Positions 54,884-64,000 of a DNA stretch of 64,000 bases are shown here, one piece after another. Location: contig OZ024741.1 in NCBI GenBank assembly GCA_964016885.1, positions 111,848,001-111,912,000 on the forward strand, read 5' to 3'. The notes beneath the pieces are model-generated. The model did no database searches, was not told the origin of the DNA, and was given only the letters and a program-made list of their open reading frames with translations. The DNA is from Eledone cirrhosa. Taxonomy: Eukaryota. How positions within the stretch are numbered: the stretch's first letter is position 1; every line of letters starts with the position of its first letter. A program made the position numbers and the translations under genes.

Positions 54884-56490
54884 CATATATATAAATTATA
54901 TATATATATATGTGTGTATGTGTGTGTGTGTGTGTGTATATATATTATTTACCGTCTCACCTTGAAGGGTTCTATAATATTTATTTCGATTTATACACCA
55001 CCAATGTGTTTGAATACATTTTAAATTATTCGTAAACAGGTACTGATTTTACGATTATTTAAAAATCATTATATCTTTAAATTACCTCCCCTGTTATTGA
55101 TAGTCGATATGTTTGTCCGCTAGGTAAGTTTCCTTCCGTACATCCGCGGTCTTTTAATATTCATTTTCATTCTATACTTAAAATATGATACTCAATATCC
55201 AGACCTAATCATTCGGTGACCAATAAGATTTCATATGGTTCTTAAAACGATCTCGCACACACGATATTACATCTGCATCTAATGGTTTCATGAGCTACCA
55301 AAACCCGCAGAACGGCAAGCGATGGTTGAGACAGATATTTATACAAATGTCTGAATGAGATTTTGGAAACTGTCTTGTGGGAAAGGAGGATAAAAAAAAA
55401 TGGGGAAAAGAACCATGAAAAAGAAACGTAATACAGGAGAGTTTAGTTACCTTTTTACTGGTATAAAATAACTGGTGGTAAATAGTTGGGAATAAAATAT
55501 AATGAAATTTAGTCTGTCGGCTACATACATATCATCAATATATTATCAATATATATATATATATATATATATATCAATTTACATATACGGACACACGCGC
55601 ATGCTGACAGACATTAATCTATGAAATGTACATTTGGGTCCTTGTATGAACTTTAATATTCTCTAGTAAGTATATTGACATAACGGGTAGACAATTAGTT
55701 AAGAGATACATTTAGTGGGAGGAAAGGTGGAGGAGGAAAATAGAAGGAAAAAAGCTTCCGGATGATATAAAGGCAATAGTAGTCAGAGAATTTATCTATT
55801 AGTATGTTAAACCAATCTTTGGTAAGGATATAAAATATATAAAGTGAATGAGTGATATGTTAAGAGAAGTTATGAGTGAGAATGTCGTCAAATATTGTAA
55901 GGATTTTTGCTAGAGTGGCTTTTGTCTGTGTATTTTAAACTAGTTCTTAAAACTTTGACAAAAAGTGTTTTAGATCAATATAAAGACTTAGAAAGAAACT
56001 ATGGGCGCGGGTATATGCGATTTAGTATCATAAGTCTAAAACGATTTTTCTCCTTACATTCAGAGTTCAAACTCCGCCGAGGTCAATTTTGCCTTTAATC
56101 ATTGGAAGGTTGATAAGATAAAGTACAACTCAAGTAGAGGGGTTAATTTAGTCAACTTTGTCCCTCTCCCAATTTTACTGGGCTAAACTAGAAATCGATG
56201 TCTCACGATGTTCTTTTCATAGATTGTTGGTGAAACCTATCAATATGTTGTTACATTCTTGGCAGAATTGGTAGAGCGTTGGATAAAATAACATTCAAAA
56301 TATTTATTCTGGCTCATTACATTCTTGTAAATCCCCCCTAGGTCTCCTTTGCTGATAAAATAAAGTACCAGTAAAACGCTAGGGTTGATTGGATCAACTT
56401 TGCTCTTCTTCAAAATTTGCCGGACTTGTGCCTAAAGTAGAAATCAATACGTAGAGGGAAACTGAAAGCAGCAATGACAAAAAAAACAAA

Positions 56491-56529
<39 letters not shown>

Positions 56530-58658
56530 AAAAGTGCATTTCGAGCGAAATCCCTAATAATATTACTTCTGCACCGAGTTCAAGATACCCCCTTGTCACT
56601 CTCGCTGTTCCGAAATACAGTGAATCAATGATTAATCGACTGGGAATCTGTAACCCAATAACTCTCCCACAGTGAAGGCTTATTGCTTATTTTGTATGTA
56701 ACTGATGGATCCGTGTCGTCAACAACGACGGCTACAATAATGTTGGATATACAGTATTTAATTTTTGGAGTCCTGGATTGACATGTCGTATATACTAGGA
56801 TTGCCGGATATGTGAACAATCATACAGACTGAGAAATTTACATTTTGATAAATTAATTGTTTCCATAAGAGAAATCCTACAGTTTATATTGATTACTAAC
56901 ACGTAGAAATGATTAAAGATAAGAATGTATGTATAAATGACAAACAGGATTAAATGTATAACTCTGGAGAAATAACTATTTAGGACAAATGTTGGGTTAG
57001 AACCCAAGACCTTGTGATTAGAAAGGGAACTTCTTATTGTAGCAACATGACGGAGATAGAACATGCATTATGTGTATGTTTGGGTGAGTACATTTTAAAG
57101 AGTGACACACACACACATATATATATATGTATATACAAACACGCGTAGCGTATTATTATGGTAGATGATTTACATCTGTCTTTTCGTACTAACATGACTT
57201 TTACAGATTTCTGCATTTGCATAATGACGAAGGATTTATATTTACAGCAAGTTGGTTTTATAACGAATAAAATTTGTACTTGTTAGAATTATCCGTCGTT
57301 ATTGAACAGTCAAGTAAACACACTCCCACGTACACACACACGCGCGCATGCACCTATACACACAGGTGCACACACACACACATACTCACACACACATATA
57401 CATTCAGACTAATCCAGAACTCGTACATACTTCAGTTAGTATATACAATTTGGTGAGTAAAGAGAGAGAAAGTGTTTAAAAGAGGGGGGAGAGATTAAGA
57501 GAGAGAAAGATGGAGAAGGAGGGAGCGAGACAGAGTGAATGGGAGAGAGAGTGAGAGAGAGTTTAAAGAGTAAAAACTTGACCTAAGGTGGTGTTTTAGA
57601 TGTTTAGCCCCAGACCACTACAAATCAAAGACTTTCTAGCTGTGCCCATCCCATCATAGTGTATACTATGATAAACAGGTTGGTCACTGTAGAATGTAAT
57701 TTGAAGGAGATTTTACTGTTATTTCTAGCATATCGATAGAACAATTGCTCAAGATTGGTGAAAAACAAGACGATTCAACATTTTAATCTTATAACCACTC
57801 ATCACATCTCTAAAGTTTCATATTGAAAATTAGGTAATTAAATTTTTACATGAAAAAGACGGGTTATATTATTTTACATGTCGCTTGTACTGCGGGGCAT
57901 TCCCTTCATCGACTATCAGGAGATCTTTATAATTTTGACATCTTCTGACATTACAGACCTGTCAACTCTCCCCTCCCCCGTCGGGGATATCTCCCACCCA
58001 CTTTGGAGTGGGTGAAAGATGTCTTTTTCTTGTGAAAATGAGTATAGCCTTAATTATGTAAAATCTACCACTTTTGCCTAATTTATTCCCGTTGAGGCTA
58101 CCAAGGAATTTCAAGTTTTATGTACCACATTTTACAACGTTATCCATGTCTCTATCACCAGAATCATGATGCTGTAGTAATCGTTTCTATCTTTCAGGAA
58201 TTATGATGTTTATTTCTTGTTGAGGGTTTGCTCTCTGCTCCCAGCGCTGGTCTTTCACTCAAATCTATTTGCCTATTTTTGTTTACAAAACTTGACACCA
58301 CTTTGTATTCAAAGCTTTCTTTTAACATGTTTATATCCGAAACATTATTTTATTCAAAATCCACATTTAGAAATTTTATATACAAATATTGCCATTTCGT
58401 ATTCAATAAAATTTTAATAATATGATACATCCAAGATTTCTATTAATTTATTTATTTCAAATTTTCCATATTTATGCTAAACATAACGCTATTTTTGTAT
58501 TCACTTTCAATGTTCTTCCTTTTTTCTTTGAAGTAATTTCCTCTTACAACTTTTTTCCTTTTTAAATAACTTTTCTAGTTATTTCCTTCAATATTGTCAT
58601 AAAAATTATGTGTTTGTTATTTGAACTCGTTGCCTTCTTCAAAAGCTATATCCTATCT

Positions 58659-58754
<96 letters not shown>

Positions 58755-58757
<3 letters not shown>

Positions 58758-59133
58758 GGTTCCCCCTTTCTCTCTCTCGTCTACGATTTCACAGAACTTA
58801 TGTTCACCGAATTCACGGACTGGACTCCTTCTTCCTCCCGTTTGACCTGTGCGGATTTCCTTCCTTGCTCACATTTCGACTAGGTTTGATGGTCTTTATT
58901 CTCTCTCGTTCACGATTTCACCGAACTTATATTCATGGAAATCTGGGACTTGACTCTTTCTTCCTCACTTTTCGTTGCTTTACCATCTTTGTTTGTTTAC
59001 ACTCTCGCTCGTTCCCCTTATTTACGTGTCCCAACGACTTTCTTTAGCCGTTGCTCGCACCAACCGCAGGTATATGATCTTTAAAGCGATGAAATACCAA
59101 TGATGGTTGGAAGATCACTGATGAAGGACTAAC

Positions 59134-59140
<7 letters not shown>
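58755..59140 (+). mobile_element. Diverged family H copy with the permuted hammerhead at 59060-59125
   Basis: ccaacc gca [ggta-TA-tgatctt] taaagcgat [GAAA-tacc] aatgat ggttgg [aagatca-CTGATGA]; flanked by (TA)n. Confidence 0.75.
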
Positions 59141-59190
<50 letters not shown>

Positions 59191-60423
59191 GTTAGACACG
59201 CAGTGATTATCAACAGAATGTTTTAAGTCTGCATGTCTAACATATGGGCGAAGCTTGTGAATAAAATATTCAAGGGGCTTCGCTGGCCGTGGTGATCCCT
59301 GCCAAACATCTTTCGTAATGTATCGTCTTATTGGCTAATTTCATCGTCTAATAGGCTAATCAACCAATGAGAGTAATTGTTGCTCAAAAGCCTCCGCCAT
59401 TTTGTTTGCACGTTCATTTATCGTTTCGTTTTCGAATCTTCCTCCTATATTTCGTCGTTTACATCAAAAATTTTTTCGCGTTTTGCTAAGTTATATTGTT
59501 ATTTTATATATGATTTTTTAAATTTATATTAACTATTTTTTTTTCAGTTCGTTATAACATGCTTATAATATTGGTTGTATCATATTTACTTGTATATTAT
59601 TGTTCGTTTTATGTTAGATTATTTTATTACTATTGTGTTAGATTATTTTTTTTATTATTATGCTAGACTATTTGTATGTAATATTTAATTTTTATTAATT
59701 CAACTATAACAGTTATTATGTAAAATATTTTTATTTAATTGATTGTTTTTTGTAGTTGTTTATATTAAAAGTCTGAAAATATTTTTATACATCTTACAAT
59801 AATATTTATAAGATTATTTATAAAATAACAATTATATAAGCTAATCACATTACAACGATAATTTATTATTAATATATATCATGTTTAACTAGAGTTATTA
59901 CAAGCGTTGCCTTAAAAAAAATATTAAACTAGACCTGAAAAATGTGCAAGCTCAAAAGAGCCACAGAATGTTGTAATAAAACTTCAAAAGAGTGGGACTA
60001 AAGTTGTTGCTAAAAAATATTGTAATCATTATCTATCGTACACTCTGTGGTATACTATTATAAAAAAGAGACTCATAACGAACTGAAGACGACACGATAA
60101 TTATTTAAGTGAATTTATAATATAGAATTCGGTTTAAGTGCATTTCGTATTAATCATTACTAAACATCTAATATGAGATATTGAACATTAGCTTAAATAA
60201 TTATCGTGTCGTCTTACTTTTTTCAGAATTAATTTATAAAGACAAGTTTTTATTATGTGTTTGTGTGTGCGACCGTTATATGTGGATATATTTTGTCGCT
60301 TCAACCAAGGTAGTACGCACATACATCTGTCGGTAAATAAACGCATTTTACATGTATATAATTGATCCTGATGAGGTGATTTCGCTATAAAGGTATTGTA
60401 AAGAATATTATTAGAATATGAAA

Positions 60424-60617
60424 TGGCCAGTGGATTGGCAGTATCGGTAGAGAGTCGGACGCCATGCTTTGACGCATAGAGTTACGGCCCTTGCCATTCT
60501 GAGTTCAAATCCCGCCGAGGTTAACTTTGCTTTCATCCTTATGGGGTCGATAAAATAAAGTACCAGTAATACACTGGGTAATTGCTGGCCTTGTGCCAAA
60601 AGTAGAAACAATTATTA
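60424..60617 (+). mobile_element. Full-length family 1 tRNA-derived SINE
   Basis: A box tggcagtatcgg, B box gagttcaaatcc, tail aattatta; apparent target duplication tattagaatatgaaa on both sides. Confidence 0.85.
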
Positions 60618-60793
60618 GAATATGAAACATATGTAGATCAAATAAATAATGTATTAATTGTTGGGGATCTATTTCTTGTGTTATATAAATATATATATAT
60701 ATGTATGTAAAAGGTAAACAGAAATAACAACACAATCGGTAGAGTATATGGAAGGTATATATTACGTTAACGCTTGATATAGCAGAATGAGGG

Positions 60794-60829
60794 TCTTAAC
60801 GTTTCGGACGCTAGTCTTTCATCAGAAGA
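60794..60829 (-). ncRNA. Minimal Penelope-type hammerhead in a short insert (about 60700-60935)
   Basis: tctt-CTGATGA-a agac tagc gtcc-GAAA-cg-TT-aaga. Confidence 0.7.
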
Positions 60830-60956
60830 AAGAATGAGAAATAAAATAGATTTAGAGGACGGGCGAGATGGAATTGAAAAAATGTCTTTAGATAAAAATA
60901 ACATCTCTTGCAAAACTGTTGGTGCTGGCATTTTGTGTGTGTGTGTATATATATAT

Positions 60957-60999
<43 letters not shown>

Positions 61000-61069
61000 C
61001 ATATATATATATATATATATATATAACATATATATATATATATATATATAACATATATATATATATATA

Positions 61070-61108
<39 letters not shown>

Positions 61109-61132
61109 ACATATATATATATATATATATAT

Positions 61133-61167
<35 letters not shown>

Positions 61168-61384
61168 TTTACGTATCGAGAAAGAGAGAAAAAAAAAAGG
61201 AGGGATAGGTGATACATATAGTTATTTGCCAAGTAGCGTATGCCAAAGGTGCTCGATACTAGTGCCGGCAGTATTAAATATTCGAAGTGTTAATATTTAG
61301 TGGGCTAGAGAGTTAGCAGAGCGTAAGCACGTGGGAAAGTGAAAAATCGGAGAATAGACCGTTAAAACATGTTTATTTAAAATA

Positions 61385-61426
61385 TCACCTACGTACGTTT
61401 CGCCCGGTTGGGCTTCTCAAGGGCAT
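61385..61426 (-). ncRNA. Minimal hammerhead with U3-A8 core
   Basis: cc-TTGAGAA-gccc aacc gggc-GAAA-cgtacg-TA-gg; stem I is short. Confidence 0.65.
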
Positions 61427-61675
61427 AAACAATCACAAGTGTTCCTTATATAGTTCGGAAAGAGTTTTGGGGGTTAAATCCACATCAAGATTCATTGCTC
61501 GCAAAAATATCTTGTTTTGATTTTGCAGCAGCTCAAGGGAGGTAACTTTGGCCGGTGTTAGGGCAGTCTTTCCCGGATAATTTTTGGTATGCAGGGATTG
61601 TTTTCTGGGTGTTATTTTGCTGCGCCTGCCCGCCGGGGTATTAAGAATTGTTGCAGGGAGATCCAGTGTGCTATT

Positions 61676-64000
61676 TCACTCTTCATTCTTAACCCATCTA
61701 AAGAAGGATATTTTTAAGCGATGTGTACAACTTATCGCTGTTTCAGCTCTGCTGTTGATGAGCTCGTGGGGTGCAGTTATGATGTGGTAGAGCTCCATGA
61801 GGCAAAGATCGCATTTCCTCTTGAAGTTGTACGGTGCAGCCCTGTCGACAATCTCCCAGTGCGTGGAGAAGCTAATGTTTAAGTCCTTTAGTGATGTGAT
61901 GTAGTCCGCGAGCGAGGTGGAGTGCCTTAGTTTTCTATTTGTGAAAGAGTGGAGATGTGTTCGAAACCTAATTTTGAACGGGCCGGAGGTGGCCCCTATA
62001 TAATGTTTAACGCTATTGTGGCTAGTAATAGTGCATCTATATATAACCCTATCGGTCAAGCAGTATCCTCTAAGGGGGCACCGTCCTCTGTCGCGGCAGT
62101 TGCAATTTCTGTCGCTGTTCCGTCTATTTCCCACGATAAGGCTATCATTGTTGCTGCCTACGTTGCTAGCTGCGTTACCGCAGCTGTCGTTAGCACAATT
62201 ACAACCCACAGCACGCGGGATGGTGCGATTGTTATTCCGCACGCCATGTTTTGCATGCTCCCCAGTCACTTCGCGGTCATTCTGGTTGCGTCTGCGGATG
62301 CCGTTGCCAACACTATTGGATGTTGTCAGGGAGTTGTTAAGGCCGATACAGTTATTGTCAGGTGTAGGTGCGTCTGCGTCGAGGTGCTGTGTCTTGGTGA
62401 TCTTACTGTGGTTCGTTGTTCCTATGATGCCTGCTAGGTTAGGAGTAGTAGAGAAGGATATTTTTATATTGTTCCTATTAAGAATTTTTCTATACCTATG
62501 GTTGGGTGGGAAGTTCTTCCCTAAGGCTTCGAAGAATATCCGGGGTATGTTGGAAGCCACACTGCGAGAGTAGGGGGGTGGGGGTGGGGGTGGAACCATA
62601 GGATGTTACGGTGGCGATTACGTGTCCTTGTACTTTTGCTACGGGTGGTTCCATCTAAGTGATCGCTCTTATGTGTGTTAATGCGCTGTCGCCCGTTCGG
62701 TGCCTCTTTCTACCACTTCCATGTTTATGTACACGAAGATGTTGGTTGGAAGGCGTTGGTAGTAGGCCGTCGCCTTTGTTGGTTTTGTAATAGGGGAATA
62801 GTTTGAGTAATCTACAGTATTCACCGTCGCCGGGGACGTGATCTTTGGTGCGGTTATCTATTCTATTATATCCAACTTTAACGAGGTCGCCGCGTGATCG
62901 GTTATAGGTATGGCTTACTATAACGTTAGTTTTATGAGGGGGGTGGTTTCTAGAGCTAGCGTTAGGGATGTAGGAAATTCCTCGGTTAAAGCCGGCGCTT
63001 ATCAGGGCCCTATTGTAGTAATCAGACGCTTGGTTGAAGATATCTTCATTGGCGGATAGCCTCGAGATTCTATGTGAGATATTATAGACTATGGAGTTGA
63101 GAGTCTGCTTAGGGTGGTTGGAGGCATAATTAATATAAGAGAGGCACTCTCCAGGCTTATGGTATGGCTTGTATAAGCCCGTACTCAACTCCAGGGTCAC
63201 GTCCAGGAAGTTGACAACCCTGTGGTTGATGTCCATAGTTACGGATAGGCCGTATGACTTAAAGAACCTGTGTATATGTTTGTTAAGGTTCTCTATCCTA
63301 CGGGGGCTATGGTTCCTAACGGTAAACAGGGCGTCGTCCCTATATACACCTCCTTGTAGGGCCGGTATTTCTTCCCTAAGCTTATGTAGGAGGTATATCC
63401 CAACCAGGTCAGTTGCTTGCGCTGAGTCGCTGGACCCCATCGTGACATCGAAGTTATCAGGACGGTTGGTTCTGGTCCAGTGGGAGCCTTCGAACTGGAT
63501 AATGGTTCTACGTGCCGCTAGAATTATGTCTATTTCTTTTTTGGTGAGGCTAGTGTTAGATCTAGCTAAGATAAGTGCCTTATTTAAGAGTATGGGGGAG
63601 ATAGAGGCGTAGTAGCTATCTATATTAAACTGGATGAATTTCAGGGTGGCTTTATCCGGCAACTCGGTGAACCAATTTATGACCTGGTCGGTGTTGCCCC
63701 AGAGGCAGACCTTAGCCTTTCTATTAAGCTCGAGTAGCACTCTGTCGAGGATCACTTTACTAATCTTACCTATATCTGATGTAGAGGGGCATATAAGTCT
63801 AATAGAGGGGCTTTCATTAAAGTCATATTTGTGATCCTTAAGAGAGAATTTAGGCGTCAGAGGGACGTACGGGTTAGTGTACTTTTCTATTTCTAAGCTG
63901 GTGACTATATCCTTCCCTACTCTATTTATGTCATTTAGGGTACTAGAGGGTGTCTTTTTGTAGTCTTTGTGTAGTTCCTTATAGATGAATTTTTTATACT
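61676..64000 (-). pseudogene. Frameshifted PLE RT (62655->64000) + GIY-YIG (61676-62599)
   Basis: LWGNTDQVINWF, FIQFNIDSYY (motif A Asp replaced by Asn), VTMG, YRDD, NFLDV; CNCRDRGRCPLRGYC, VIY..YIG, CDLC. A ccacc expansion at about 62575-62595 breaks RNILWFHPPYS. Confidence 0.88.

Larger units (their letters stand above)
61165..64000 (-). mobile_element. Second Hydra-clade-like PLE, running off the window end
   Basis: RT and EN homologous to the 33798 element but more GC-rich; HHR in the 3' UTR; 3' end at (TA)n. Confidence 0.85.

Noticed and set aside
59070-59125. SECIS or C/D-box reading of ATGA...CTGATGA
   Set aside because: Spacing does not fit and the first ATGA is ATGG in the other copies; the permuted hammerhead explains the covariation. 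No in-frame UGA pattern is seen in the PLE ORFs.
60424-60520. tRNA gene
   Set aside because: A and B boxes are present but there is no cloverleaf; it is a multi-copy SINE head.

Overview
AT-rich eukaryotic (animal) DNA dominated by (TA)n/(CA)n microsatellites; most ORFs in the track are repeat artefacts. The SINE and Penelope content looks cephalopod-like, but that is inference only. No host gene is securely supported. The window is an archive of Penelope-like retroelements (PLEs) inserted into (TA)n tracts. Four copies carry both RT and GIY-YIG endonuclease (about 5990-9812, 16349-20977, 30133-37343 and 61165-end) and represent at least three distinct lineages; there is also one endonuclease-only remnant. 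About a dozen unrelated short non-coding inserts occur as foldbacks or tandem arrays. Most PLE ends and short inserts carry a hammerhead ribozyme (HHR) that can be folded by eye. Unusual variants include a non-circularly permuted (pseudoknotted) hammerhead with compensatory changes in a 645-bp tandem unit, U3-A8 covariant cores in three families, hammerheads with >100-nt stem II, and a U4A family. A 481-bp retrozyme-like array, tRNA-derived SINEs, a deleted mariner, RTE-like LINE remnants and a small Helitron-like element are also present. All ribozyme calls are by-eye folds and none is tested for activity.
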